64,000 bases of DNA from Patescibacteria group bacterium. GTDB taxonomy: Bacteria > Patescibacteriota > Patescibacteriia > Patescibacteriales > UBA12465. Below the pieces are notes generated by a model, which saw only the letters and a program-made list of their open reading frames with translations, had not been told where the DNA came from and did not search any database. The stretch lies in contig JBAYIC010000005.1 of assembly GCA_041665845.1 (NCBI GenBank), positions 6,047-70,046 on the forward strand. The letters are read 5' to 3'. Position 1 is the stretch's first letter. Every line of letters begins with the position of its first letter. Both the position numbers and the translations under genes were made by a program. Shown here in pieces: positions 18,336 to 27,942 of the stretch.

Positions 18336-20858
18336 CTAATTACCGACGGTATTAAGTCTTTTATAAAATTGCTCTTTTACAATTTCAACAGTTAGTAAAT
18401 ATAGTAGCACTAAAGCAAAAATAGCCAAGAAAGCAAATAATGGCAACGGTAGAAAACCAAAGATATGGCCTATCCCTTTCAAGGTTAAAATAATTCCAGC
18501 CCCAACCGCGCCCAACGTGGTAGTTAGCAATAATTTACTCGGCCATGACTGTAAGAAAGGAATCTTTTTAGTACGAATAACATAAATTACTAAGGTCTGA
18601 GTCGCTAGCGATTCTATAAACCAGCCGGCTTGGAAGGCGCCGTTGCTTAAATGTAAAACACCAAACAAGACAAAAAAAGTTAAAAAATCGAAGAGAGAAC
18701 TTATTAGGCCAAAAACCAACATGTACTTTTTAATGAATTTAATATCCCAATGTTTTGGTTTTTTTAAATACTCCTTATCAACATTATCTGAAGGAATTGA
18801 TAATTGAGAGGAGTCATAAATAAAATTATTCAAGAGAATTTGACCGGCAGTCATCGGGAAGAAAGGAAGGAATAAACTAGCTCCAATCATTGAAAACATA
18901 TTGCCAAAATTTGAGCTCAAACACATAAGCAAATATTTCATGGTATTGCCAAAAGTTTTTCGGCCTTCAATAACTCCATCCATTAGCTCTCTCAGTCCTT
19001 TTTTCATTAAAATAATATCAGCCGTTTCTTTGGCGATATCGACGGCATTATCAACCGAAATACCAACATCGGCCGCTCTTAAAGACGGCGCGTCATTTAT
19101 TCCATCACCGAGATAACCAACCACTAGTCCATTGCGTTTTAGTTCAACAATAATTTTTTCTTTTTGGCTTGGACTTAAACGCGCACAAATTGTTGCGCCT
19201 TTAATCTTCTTATAGATTTCTTCGTCCGTTAATTTATTTAAATCTAAATCTTCGCCGATAATAATTCCTTTAACCTCTAAACCAATATCCGCACAAATCT
19301 TCTTAGTAACCAGCGGGCTGTCTCCAGTTAAAATTTTCATTTCTATTCCATAACTCTTCATAAATACTAAAGTTTCTTTAACATCAATTTTGGGTGGATC
19401 ATAAAAAGCCATAAAGCCCTTAAGAACTAGATTATTCTCCTCAGAGAGGGGATATTGTTTTTTTCTTTCACTGATTACTTTTTCGGTAATAGCTAAAACT
19501 CGTAAACCTTGACTGCTTAATTCGTCGTAAACTTCCTTAGCTTTTGTTAATACTGCCTGCGTGATTGGTTTTATCGTTAAACCTTCATAATAACTAGTAC
19601 TAATTTTAAAAATTTCTTCAGGCGCACCCTTGGTAACCATTATTAGACGGCCATCTTTTTCATAAACAATTGAAGACCTTTTACGATTAAAATCGTAGGG
19701 AAGTTCTTCAACTTTTAAATAACCATCCATTTTTAGTTTTTTATGGTTTAAAATTGCTTCATCTAAAATACTTTTAATTCCGGTCTCAAAATAACCATTA
19801 ATATAGGCCGCTAAAAATATTGCCTCAGAATCATTACCAAAAACATCAATATGCTTAATTAAAGTAATTTTATCTTCAGTTAAAGTTCCTGTTTTATCAG
19901 TCGCTAAAATATCAATCGAGCCAAAAGTCGGTATCGAATTAAGTTTTTTAACAATAACGCCTCCCTTGGCCATTTTAGCCGCCCCCTTGGCCATATTAAT
20001 ACTCATAATCATCGGTAAAAGTTCAGGTGTAACGCCAACGGCAACTGCAAGCGCAAACAAAAAGGAGTTCAAGGCCCCTTTATGCATAATAGCGTTAATC
20101 AGGAATATAATTGCAACAATAAAAATAATAACGCGAATTATTAAGAATCCGAAACTTTTAATTCCTTTTTCAAAAGCGTTTTCTAATTCTGGACGAAATA
20201 AAGTATGAGCGATTTTACCAAACTCAGTGGTTATCCCAGTATTAGTAGCTAAGTAGCAACCAAAACCAGAGATAACATTAGTTCCAGCAAAAATGACATT
20301 ATTATTATCAACAAACTTTTCCATTGGTAAGCTTTCACCAGTTAAGCTAGCCTCATTTAAGAAAAAATCATCAGCCTTAATAATTTTTCCATCCGCCGGA
20401 ACAATATCACCGGCAGATAAATAAATAATATCTCCCGGAACTATATATTTATTATCTAACTCCTGTTCTTTATTGTCGCGTAGAATTTTAGCGCGAATAG
20501 CTAAGCGACGAGCAATTTTTTCAGCCGCTTTGCTTGATTTATGTTCTTGATAAAAATTAAGAATCACACTAAAGAAAATCATGGAAAGAATAATTATCAT
20601 ACTTCGCAACTCGCCAGTCATCCCCGAAATTAGAGCCGCAACAATAAGAATGATGATTAAGGGGTTCTTAAAATAACCGAGAAACAAAATAATCGGTGAA
20701 ACTTTTTTTATTTTTTTAAATTCGTTATAGCCAAAAATTTTGGAACGATTTATAGCTTCAGTTGTTGTTAAACCATCGGAACTAGCGCCAGTAACAGCGT
20801 AAAGCTCGGGAAGTGATAAGGCCTTAAGATCCTCGATCGTAACTTTATTTATTGGCAT
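18336..20858 (-). CDS. cation-transporting P-type ATPase (MgtA/Ca-type, P2/P3 class)
   Basis: 840 aa. TGES, phosphorylation site DKTGTLT, hinge GDGINDAPSL, and a 10-TM architecture. Ion specificity cannot be determined from sequence alone. Confidence 0.85.
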   Translation of the reverse strand: MPINKVTIEDLKALSLPELYAVTGASSDGLTTTEAINRSKIFGYNEFKKIKKVSPIILFLGYFKNPLIIILIVAALISGMTGELRSMIIILSMIFFSVILNFYQEHKSSKAAEKIARRLAIRAKILRDNKEQELDNKYIVPGDIIYLSAGDIVPADGKIIKADDFFLNEASLTGESLPMEKFVDNNNVIFAGTNVISGFGCYLATNTGITTEFGKIAHTLFRPELENAFEKGIKSFGFLIIRVIIFIVAIIFLINAIMHKGALNSFLFALAVAVGVTPELLPMIMSINMAKGAAKMAKGGVIVKKLNSIPTFGSIDILATDKTGTLTEDKITLIKHIDVFGNDSEAIFLAAYINGYFETGIKSILDEAILNHKKLKMDGYLKVEELPYDFNRKRSSIVYEKDGRLIMVTKGAPEEIFKISTSYYEGLTIKPITQAVLTKAKEVYDELSSQGLRVLAITEKVISERKKQYPLSEENNLVLKGFMAFYDPPKIDVKETLVFMKSYGIEMKILTGDSPLVTKKICADIGLEVKGIIIGEDLDLNKLTDEEIYKKIKGATICARLSPSQKEKIIVELKRNGLVVGYLGDGINDAPSLRAADVGISVDNAVDIAKETADIILMKKGLRELMDGVIEGRKTFGNTMKYLLMCLSSNFGNMFSMIGASLFLPFFPMTAGQILLNNFIYDSSQLSIPSDNVDKEYLKKPKHWDIKFIKKYMLVFGLISSLFDFLTFFVLFGVLHLSNGAFQAGWFIESLATQTLVIYVIRTKKIPFLQSWPSKLLLTTTLGAVGAGIILTLKGIGHIFGFLPLPLFAFLAIFALVLLYLLTVEIVKEQFYKRLNTVGN

Positions 20859-20982
20859 AAAATTAAAATATAATTTAGTCCTTTTATTATAGCATTTTTA
20901 AAATGAAGTGTATTTTTGTATTTACTACATTTTAAAATAGTGCTACAATTAACCAACTAATAAATAAGTAATCAATAATTAT

Positions 20983-21510
20983 ATGACAGAAAAAACCAAA
21001 GAAATTCTTAATAATCAAATAAATGAAGAATTCTATTCAGCCTATCTTTATCTAGCCTTCTCGGCTAAATTAGAAAAATGGGGATTTAAAGGAGCAGCAC
21101 AATGGATGAAGGTTCAGGCTCAAGAAGAAAATGATCATGCCTTAGGTTTCTATCGCTTTTTATTAGAAAGAAACGAAGAACCTGAGCTAAGAGCTATCGC
21201 TCAGCCGCAAGAAGCAGACCTAAAAAATTTATCCGATATCTTTTTAGCTGGTTTAGAACATGAAAAACATATTACAGCTTGTATCGGTAAGATCTATGAA
21301 TTGGCTAGAGAAGAAAAGGATTATGCCCTTGAATCTTTTATTAAATGGTATATAGATGAACAAGTTGAAGAAGAAGCAAACGCCGTTGAAGTAATAGATA
21401 AGCTTAAGTTAATTGGCGATAATGGCTCGGCTATTTATATGCTTGATCAAGAATTAAAAGCAAGAATGTATGTTCCATCTGGACCCTATGCGGCAACTAC
21501 GATTGTCTAG
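20983..21510 (+). CDS. ftn: non-heme ferritin
   Basis: 175 aa. Ferroxidase-centre residues in EEFYSAYLYLAFS..QEENDHALGF..EHEKHIT. Confidence 0.85.
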   Translation: MTEKTKEILNNQINEEFYSAYLYLAFSAKLEKWGFKGAAQWMKVQAQEENDHALGFYRFLLERNEEPELRAIAQPQEADLKNLSDIFLAGLEHEKHITACIGKIYELAREEKDYALESFIKWYIDEQVEEEANAVEVIDKLKLIGDNGSAIYMLDQELKARMYVPSGPYAATTIV

Positions 21511-21622
21511 TAAAATTTACTATAAATTACTTAAAAGAGGTTTTAATAGAGCCTCTTTTTTGCATCTATTGACACAATCTAACAAAAGTTGTACTATATT
21601 GGTAATTCTTTAAAAACATACA

Positions 21623-22210
21623 ATGGAAAGAGAAAAAAAATACGGCAAGCCGCCGTGCATTTTTAAGACCGACATATCTTTTGCGCGATATTCAGCAATC
21701 ATGAATGATTATAAAAAAGCTAAAGCAAAGAAAATGTCCTATCTCTATTTTGATACGGGTTTACAGGCCAGTGAGGCCATCTTTTTTCTCTTAAACATTC
21801 GTTTAAGATTAAGAATAAAAAATGGTAATGACTACTCCCTGGAGCTCAAAATTCATCCGCCTAATAATTCGTCTGAAGATTTTTATCAGAAATTATCATT
21901 TCTTGACATAGATTTGTTATTTCAAGGATTAATACCAAACGGCGTTATAAAAAATAAACTCGTAAAGTTAAATGTATTGCGTCCAGTAATCTGGATAAAA
22001 ACTACGCACGTCGCCCGTATAAAGAGATTTTTTTATGGCGGCATTCTCGTTCTTGAAAGAACTAGTTGTTTAAACCAAACAAGCTATCAGATTGAGTTTA
22101 GATCTGAGCGGCCGATATCTGTTTATAACATTAGAACGATAAAGAAACAACTCGGCCTTTGTGGTCGTTTATACTTTTGTTCAAAATTAAAACAAGTTTG
22201 GACAAAATAA
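21623..22210 (+). CDS. hypothetical protein, possibly divergent CYTH-like
   Basis: 195 aa. The N-terminal MEREKKY fits the ExExK signature of CYTH domains. IRLRLRI and LELK strands are consistent. Assignment is weak. Confidence 0.3.
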   Translation: MEREKKYGKPPCIFKTDISFARYSAIMNDYKKAKAKKMSYLYFDTGLQASEAIFFLLNIRLRLRIKNGNDYSLELKIHPPNNSSEDFYQKLSFLDIDLLFQGLIPNGVIKNKLVKLNVLRPVIWIKTTHVARIKRFFYGGILVLERTSCLNQTSYQIEFRSERPISVYNIRTIKKQLGLCGRLYFCSKLKQVWTK

Positions 22211-22310
22211 AAGAAGTCGACATTTTCCATGTACGGCTTCTTTTCATTTTTAATTGATTTAGAATTTTGTTAATGATATCATCTAAGTAATCAAATAAAT
22301 TTTATATTAT

Positions 22311-22787
22311 ATGAAGAGTTTCTTAAAAGTCGGTATGGGTTTTGGAATGACTTCCGCAACCATAACTACCCTTGGTTTAATGATTGGATTACAATCAAGC
22401 ACTGGTTCCGAATTAGCTGTTGTTGGCGGTATTTTAACTATTGCCGTCGCCGATTCATTCTCAGACGCTTTAGGGGTTCATATCGCCAAAGAATCAGAAG
22501 GGAATTTTACTCACAAAGAAGTTTGGCAAGCAACAGTTGCAACTTTTCTATTTAAGTTAATTCTCGCTTCTACTTTTTTAATTCCAGTTTTGCTCCTACC
22601 GATGAACTACGCCATTTGGGCCGCAATTGCTTGGGGAGCTATTATTTTAATATCTCAAAGCTACCAACTAGCAAGATCCACCAATACTAAACCATTAGCG
22701 ACAATCTTTGAACATGTTTCAATCGCCGCTTTAGTTATGGTCCTAACTCATTATTTTGGTCTTTTCATTGCCTCTCGTTTTAACTAA
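22311..22787 (+). CDS. small integral membrane protein, VIT1/CCC1 (DUF125)-like
   Basis: 158 aa with 4-5 TM helices. IAVADSFSDALGVHIAKESEG loop. The neighbouring ferritin gene makes an iron/manganese role plausible. Tentative. Confidence 0.35.
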   Translation: MKSFLKVGMGFGMTSATITTLGLMIGLQSSTGSELAVVGGILTIAVADSFSDALGVHIAKESEGNFTHKEVWQATVATFLFKLILASTFLIPVLLLPMNYAIWAAIAWGAIILISQSYQLARSTNTKPLATIFEHVSIAALVMVLTHYFGLFIASRFN

Positions 22788-22832
22788 GGATTTACTATTC
22801 TGAAGCCATATTAGCCAATCAAGGCATTTCTC

Positions 22833-22861
22833 TTGACGTATTTATTTTTATGTGTTAGAAT
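22833..22861 (+). promoter_or_regulatory. sigma-70-type promoter of the cold-shock gene
   Basis: TTGACG (22833-22838), 17-nt spacer, TAGAAT (22856-22861). This leaves a 5' UTR of about 85 nt, as is usual for csp genes. Confidence 0.6.
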
Positions 22862-22951
22862 AGTTAGGCAACAATAATCATCAAAAAAAAGTGGTCGATT
22901 TTTAAAATCTTTATTATCAAATTGCAATCTTACAAACTAAGTATATAAATT

Positions 22952-23149
22952 ATGACTGGTGTTATAAAAGCTTTAACCGATAAAGGTTTCGGTTTCATTG
23001 CTGTTGAAGGCCAAGAAAAGGATTTATTCTTTCACACTAACTCTTTAGTTGGAGTTCAATTCAATGAACTACGTGAGGGCGATACTGTTTCTTTTGAAAC
23101 AGAAATGTCTCCAAAAGGAATGAATGCAGTTAACGTTCAACGCGCTTAA
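22952..23149 (+). CDS. csp: cold-shock protein (CspA family)
   Basis: 65 aa. RNP1 KGFGFI and RNP2 DLFFH. Confidence 0.95.
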   Translation: MTGVIKALTDKGFGFIAVEGQEKDLFFHTNSLVGVQFNELREGDTVSFETEMSPKGMNAVNVQRA

Positions 23150-23168
23150 CTAAACTCTTCAAATCAAG

Positions 23169-23200
23169 ATCCCGCCCTATTTCATTAAGGCGGGATTTTG
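23169..23200 (+). terminator. intrinsic terminator after csp
   Basis: ATCCCGCC-(12 nt)-GGCGGGAT followed by TTTT. Confidence 0.8.
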
Positions 23201-23240
23201 ATTGGAAGGTCAATATTAAAAATTAAATTAATCAAACAAT

Positions 23241-23810
23241 ATGTTTAATCGTAATGGCGGCGGTAGCCGCGGTGGATTCGGGGATAGAAAGAGTAGTGGT
23301 GGCGGTTATTCTGGTAATCGAGGAGGAGGAAATTTTGGTCGTCGTGATTCCGGCGATAGAGGTGGCCGGATGGAAATGCATAAAGCGGTTTGCGCGGAAT
23401 GCGGAAATGACTGTGAAGTTCCTTTCAAACCAAGTGGTGAAAGACCAGTCCTTTGCAGTACTTGCTTTGGAAACAAAGATGCTGGTGCACCAAGACAATC
23501 ATTCTCTCGAGATAGAGAACCAAGAGATTCTAGCCGGGATTTTCCTAAACCAAGTTTTCACAGTGAGCGTCATGAACATCGTGAACGTCCAGTTGATAAC
23601 TTTAAAGAACAATTTGAAGCTTTAAATACTAAGTTAGATAGAGTTATTCGTGCTCTAGAACAACTTTCTACCGTTAAATCTGCTCCAACCAAAGAAACTA
23701 TTAAACCAGAAATAATTGTTAAAGAAGCAAAAAAAGCTGAAGTTAAAAAAGCGGCTGATAAACCAGTTAAAAAGGTAGCGACTCCGAAGAAAAAAACAAG
23801 TAAAAAATAA
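23241..23810 (+). CDS. CxxC-x17-CxxC zinc-ribbon protein with RGG-rich N-terminus and Lys-rich C-terminus (probable nucleic-acid binder)
   Basis: 189 aa. CAECGNDCEVPFKPSGERPVLCSTCF has exactly CxxC-x17-CxxC spacing. Flanking regions are low-complexity G/R and K. The overlapping track ORFs at 23232-23498 (-) and 23254-23625 (+) are repeat shadows. Confidence 0.75.
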   Translation: MFNRNGGGSRGGFGDRKSSGGGYSGNRGGGNFGRRDSGDRGGRMEMHKAVCAECGNDCEVPFKPSGERPVLCSTCFGNKDAGAPRQSFSRDREPRDSSRDFPKPSFHSERHEHRERPVDNFKEQFEALNTKLDRVIRALEQLSTVKSAPTKETIKPEIIVKEAKKAEVKKAADKPVKKVATPKKKTSKK

Positions 23811-23943
23811 ATTGAACTAGAAAATATAAAAAGAGGCGGCTAAATACCACCTTTTTTTATATTTTTGCGTAGCTAAATATTGTATTTTTTTCAATAATTA
23901 GCTATGTTATATGAGTACCTATTAATTTTTTAATATCCATACT

Positions 23944-25398
23944 ATGCCGGAAGAAGTCGTTTTGAGATTTGATGAAGTAAAATTTGAATATCTCCATAAA
24001 AAACCAATTTTAGATGAGGCTTGTTTTAGTTTACGCAAAGGGGCAAAAATAACTTTAATGGGTCAAAATGGCGCTGGGAAAAGTACCATTTTTGGACTTA
24101 TTACTAAAGAGTTAGTGCCTCAGGCCGGTCAAATTTCTGTTTCTTCAGGTGCAACCATTGGAACTGCTCGCCAAACAATCGCCCGCGAAGATATCGATCT
24201 AACTGTTCTTGAATATTTTTCCAAAAGCTTTGAAACTATCCCTGGTAATATTAAAGGTTTAATTGCTAAGGCTTTAGACGCTGTTAATTTTGATATTCCG
24301 CTTGATAGGAAGGTTGGTGATTTATCCGGAGGACAACAAGCTAGAATTCTGTTAGCCTCTTCTTTAATAGAGAGCCCGGATATCTTACTTTTAGATGAAC
24401 CGACTAATAATTTAGATAAAGCCGGGATTGACCATTTAATTGGCTTCTTATTGACTTACGATAAAACCGTAATGGTTATTTCCCATGATGCCGATTTTTT
24501 AAATTGTTTTACCGAAGGAGTTATTTATCTTGATAGCTTTACTCATAAGACTGAGATGTACGTTGGAGATTATTATTCGGTTGTCGAAGAAATTTCTCGT
24601 CGTGTTGAAAGGGAACAACGTCAAAATGCTCAACTAGAAAAACAAATTATAGACCGTAAAGAAAAAGTTAATTTTTTCGCTCATAAAGGCGGAAAGATGC
24701 GTAAATTAGCCGCTAAAATGAAAGATGAAACGGCCGAATTAGAAGAAAACAAAGTTGATGTTAGAAGAGAAGATAAAACCATTCGTGAATTTACTATTCC
24801 TGTTCAAGAAGATATGAGCGGTGAAATTGTAAAGCTAGAAAAAATAAAGATTGTTAAAAACCATGAACCCGTCTTGAAAGATATTCATAAATCTTTAAGA
24901 AAGAAGGATAGACTTTTAGTTATCGGTCCTAATGGAATTGGAAAAAGTACGTTACTAAGATCACTTGTCTCCGGAAAACAAGAAGGCCAAGCTATTTTAA
25001 AAGGAATTAGAGTTGGTTATTATAGCCAAGATTTTTCTACTCTGAATTTTCAAGAAACAGTTTTTAATTCTTTAATGACCAGTATGGCTGATGGCTTGGG
25101 CGAACAGGAAATGCGCTCAGTCGCAGCCGGGTTTTTAATTACCGGGGAATTAATGAATCATAAAATAGCAGCATTATCCGAAGGACAAAAAGGCTTATTA
25201 TCTTTTGCGCGTTTAGTTTTAGCTCAACCCGGCCTTTTAATTTTAGATGAACCAACTAATCATATTAATTTCCGTCATCTACCGGTTATTGCCGAAGCGA
25301 TTGATAATTTTGAAGGGGCAATCATGATGGTAAGTCATATGCCCGAATTTGTTGAGAAAATTCGTTTCACCGAAGAATTAGATTTAGGTAAATTATAA
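23944..25398 (+). CDS. ABC-F family ATPase (two ABC domains, no TM domain)
   Basis: 484 aa. Walker A motifs GQNGAGKST and GPNGIGKST, signatures LSGGQQ and LSEGQK, and a charged linker between the domains. Confidence 0.85.
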   Translation: MPEEVVLRFDEVKFEYLHKKPILDEACFSLRKGAKITLMGQNGAGKSTIFGLITKELVPQAGQISVSSGATIGTARQTIAREDIDLTVLEYFSKSFETIPGNIKGLIAKALDAVNFDIPLDRKVGDLSGGQQARILLASSLIESPDILLLDEPTNNLDKAGIDHLIGFLLTYDKTVMVISHDADFLNCFTEGVIYLDSFTHKTEMYVGDYYSVVEEISRRVEREQRQNAQLEKQIIDRKEKVNFFAHKGGKMRKLAAKMKDETAELEENKVDVRREDKTIREFTIPVQEDMSGEIVKLEKIKIVKNHEPVLKDIHKSLRKKDRLLVIGPNGIGKSTLLRSLVSGKQEGQAILKGIRVGYYSQDFSTLNFQETVFNSLMTSMADGLGEQEMRSVAAGFLITGELMNHKIAALSEGQKGLLSFARLVLAQPGLLILDEPTNHINFRHLPVIAEAIDNFEGAIMMVSHMPEFVEKIRFTEELDLGKL

Positions 25399-25414
25399 AT
25401 AACAATAAAAAAAT

Positions 25415-26350
25415 ATGTTTTTTAGCGTCTTAGTAGTAATTATCGGTCTTTGTCTCTTTGAAATTATCAGCAGCGTTGATAACGCGGTTGTGAATGCACA
25501 TGTCTTAAAAACCATGCCAGACAAATATCGAAAAATCTTTCTATTTTGGGGTCTTTTATTCGCAGTTTTCGTCGTGAGAGGTATTTTACCATTTATTATT
25601 GTGTGGATTGCTAATCCTGATTTAGGAATTTGGCAAGTTATTACCGCGACTTTCTCCAATAGTCCAGAAATTAAAGAATATTTAGAAAAATCTAAACCAT
25701 TACTACTCATCGGTGGTGGCATCTATTTATTTTTTGTTTTCTTAGCTTGGATGTTCTTAGAAGAAAAAAAATATGCCTTTCTGGTTGAGGGCTTTATTCA
25801 TCGCCAAGGAGTCTGGTTCTATGCTCTCGCCTCGATTATTACTACTCTAGTTGTTTATTATTCTCTACAACAAAATTCAATCATGGCCTTAGCGGCCACT
25901 ATTGGTGTTTCCGCTTTCTTTATTACCGATGGTTTTAAAAAGAACGCTGAAGAAAAAGAGAAACAACTACTTGACCCCTCAATGAGCGCTTGGAGCAAAA
26001 TATTATATTTGGAAGTACTTGATACCTCTTTTTCAATTGATGGCGTTATCGGCGCTTTTGCCTTTACAATGAGTATTCCGCTAATTATTATTGGTAACGG
26101 TCTAGGAGCCTTTGTGGTTCGAGAAATGACTATTAGAGGAATAGACTTCATCACTAAATTTGAATACTTAAAAAACGGCGCGATGTACGCGATTGGTGTT
26201 TTAGGGGCGGTAATGATTTTAGAAAGTTTTGGCCAAGAATTTCCATTTTGGTTTTCTCCATTAATTATGGTTGTCTGCCTGGGATTATTTCTTTTCCTTT
26301 CCGTTAGATACAATAAAAAAAGAGCACAACTATCGGCTGCTTTAAAATAA
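25415..26350 (+). CDS. DUF475/TerC-related integral membrane protein
   Basis: 311 aa. The N-terminal SSVDNAVVNA motif is repeated as SFSIDGVIGAF. About 8 TM helices. Confidence 0.6.
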   Translation: MFFSVLVVIIGLCLFEIISSVDNAVVNAHVLKTMPDKYRKIFLFWGLLFAVFVVRGILPFIIVWIANPDLGIWQVITATFSNSPEIKEYLEKSKPLLLIGGGIYLFFVFLAWMFLEEKKYAFLVEGFIHRQGVWFYALASIITTLVVYYSLQQNSIMALAATIGVSAFFITDGFKKNAEEKEKQLLDPSMSAWSKILYLEVLDTSFSIDGVIGAFAFTMSIPLIIIGNGLGAFVVREMTIRGIDFITKFEYLKNGAMYAIGVLGAVMILESFGQEFPFWFSPLIMVVCLGLFLFLSVRYNKKRAQLSAALK

Positions 26351-26524
26351 TGCCACTTAAAAACCAGAAAACTATTTTAGTTAAATATTACTTGCCGTCC
26401 CAGGCAAAGACAAGCTCTTCTACATTGGGCTTATGACAGCCGTAAATATTAATGCTATAATGTTAAGATACTGCTGCTTAAATAATTTATCTAAAAATTA
26501 AATTAATTAATTTATTTAAAAACT

Positions 26525-27271
26525 ATGAAAAAAACCTATGTTTTTCTGGCTACTTTAGGAATATTGGTAGTCGGCGCGATTGTTATCGCTGCTTTATATT
26601 TCAATAACAGAACTCAGGCTCAAGATAGATTTTCCGTTAACGGTTCTGGTACTGTTTACGCAAAAGCTGATATTGCTAGTTTAACCGTCGGTCTTAAAAC
26701 TGAAATAAAAAAGACGGCAGCTGACGCAACTAAAGAAAGTACTGATAAAATGAATAAAATTGTAGCTGAAGTAAAAAAGCTTGGTGTTGAAGATAAAGAT
26801 ATAAAAACAACTGATTATCGTTTAAGCCCATCATACAACTGGACAGATAAAGAAGGCCAAAAATTAGTCGGTTACGAAGTCTCTCAAAATGTAACTTTAA
26901 AAATTAGAGACTTAAATAAGATTGGGGATATAATTTCCAAGACAACTGAAACCGGCGCTAATCAAGTTGGAAATATAAATTTTACAATTGATGATGAATA
27001 TGAATTAAAAAATCAAGCAAGAGGATTAGCAATTGAAAAAGCGAAAGAAAAGGCAGAGATGATTGCTAAAGAATCAGGTATGAAATTAGGTAAAATAACA
27101 GGTGTTTACGAGAATTCCGCTAGTTATCCACCGGTAATGTTTGATTATAGTAACGCTAAAATGGAATTATCAGCCGTTGCTGGTCAAGGTGGTGGTATTG
27201 CCGCGCCAAGTATCGAAGCTGGTCAAAACGAAGTGAAAGTAGAGGTAACTTTAACCTACGAAGTTAAATAA
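26525..27271 (+). CDS. SIMPL/DUF541 domain protein (signal-anchored)
   Basis: 248 aa. Pattern GYEVSQNVTLKIRDLNKIGDII..ANQV..INFTIDD..L.NQAR..A...AKEKAE is typical of SIMPL. Confidence 0.7.
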   Translation: MKKTYVFLATLGILVVGAIVIAALYFNNRTQAQDRFSVNGSGTVYAKADIASLTVGLKTEIKKTAADATKESTDKMNKIVAEVKKLGVEDKDIKTTDYRLSPSYNWTDKEGQKLVGYEVSQNVTLKIRDLNKIGDIISKTTETGANQVGNINFTIDDEYELKNQARGLAIEKAKEKAEMIAKESGMKLGKITGVYENSASYPPVMFDYSNAKMELSAVAGQGGGIAAPSIEAGQNEVKVEVTLTYEVK

Positions 27272-27415
27272 AAACTTGAACAAGATAAAATATCCGTATT
27301 TGTTGGCATATTATTTATAGTATGCTATAATAACCTTATAAACATTGAATAATTATTAAAAGGAACTTCTCCTGAAAACTATTTAAGCTTTTAGGATGAG
27401 CCCCATGCAAAAATT

Positions 27416-27697
27416 ATGCCAAAAATGACAAAGTCACAAATGATCACAGCTCTATCTGAAATTACAGAATTGAGCAAAAAACAAGTTAGCGGTTTCATCG
27501 ATGGTCTATCAGAAATCGTTTACAAGGAAGTAAAAAAGAATGGTGAATGCATCGTTCCTGGATTCGGAAAATTAGTTAAGGTAAAAAGGAAAGCTAGAGA
27601 AGGTCGCAATCCTGCAACTGGAGCAACTATTAAAATCCCAGCAAAAACAGTTGTTAAATTCCGTCTTTCAAAGGCAGTAAAAGATACTGTTCTTTAG
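27416..27697 (+). CDS. hup: HU/IHF-family nucleoid protein
   Basis: 93 aa. GFGKLVKVKRKAREGRNPATGATIKIPAKTVVKFR arm motif. The start may instead be ATG 27425. Confidence 0.9.
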   Translation: MPKMTKSQMITALSEITELSKKQVSGFIDGLSEIVYKEVKKNGECIVPGFGKLVKVKRKAREGRNPATGATIKIPAKTVVKFRLSKAVKDTVL

Positions 27698-27745
27698 GCC
27701 ATAACTTTAAGTACAAACAAGCGTACAAGTTAGTTTCTCAAATAC

Positions 27746-27790
27746 AAAAATCATCTCGACGGAATCCGAGATGATTTTTATTTTTAGAGG
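27746..27790 (+). terminator. intrinsic terminator of hup
   Basis: AAAAATCATCTCG-ACGGAATC-CGAGATGATTTTT followed by ATTTTT. Confidence 0.8.
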
Positions 27791-27806
27791 ATACGAGCTC
27801 TTGATA

Positions 27807-27837
27807 AACAAAAAACCTCCCCTTGCAGGGAGATTTT
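27807..27837. terminator. A-run/hairpin/T-run bidirectional terminator; copy 1 of a 31-nt repeat
   Basis: AACAAAAAACCTCCCCTTGCAGGGAGATTTT with stem CTCCC/GGGAG and a 6-nt loop. Identical to 29076-29106. Confidence 0.7.
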
Positions 27838-27863
27838 TTTATTTGTTTCGAAATGGTTCCAAT

Positions 27864-27880
27864 ACCGGACTTAGCACTCG
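27864..27880 (-). repeat. 17-nt perfect inverted copy of the anticodon-like arm of the tRNA-like RNA
   Basis: Plus strand ACCGGACTTAGCACTCG (27864-27880) is the exact reverse complement of 27977-27993. On the minus strand it reads CGAGTGCTAAGTCCGGT, antisense to the cloverleaf arm. Confidence 0.9.
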
Positions 27881-27887
27881 TAAGATT

Positions 27888-27896
27888 ATTATAACA
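27888..27896 (-). promoter_or_regulatory. extended -10 promoter (TGTTATAAT), second copy
   Basis: The minus strand reads AATTTGTTATAATAATCTTA-CGAGTGC.., so the predicted start is about 7 nt downstream, just before the antisense box. TTTGTTATAATA is shared with 28026-28037. Confidence 0.45.
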
Positions 27897-27942
27897 AATT
27901 GGTTGAGACCGGTCAATGTGCGTATTATGTTTACTATTCCCA

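Noticed and set aside
20859-20982. Fur box upstream of ferritin (AATAAGTAATCAATAATTA)
   Set aside because: It matches the 19-bp Fur consensus at only about 8 of 19 positions in an extremely AT-rich spacer, which is indistinguishable from background.
23232-23625. ORFs 23232-23498 (-) and 23254-23625 (+) overlapping the CxxC-x17-CxxC gene
   Set aside because: They are alternative-frame readings of the GGN/CGN-rich low-complexity region. The frame starting at 23241 contains the exact zinc-ribbon spacing and a Lys-rich tail.
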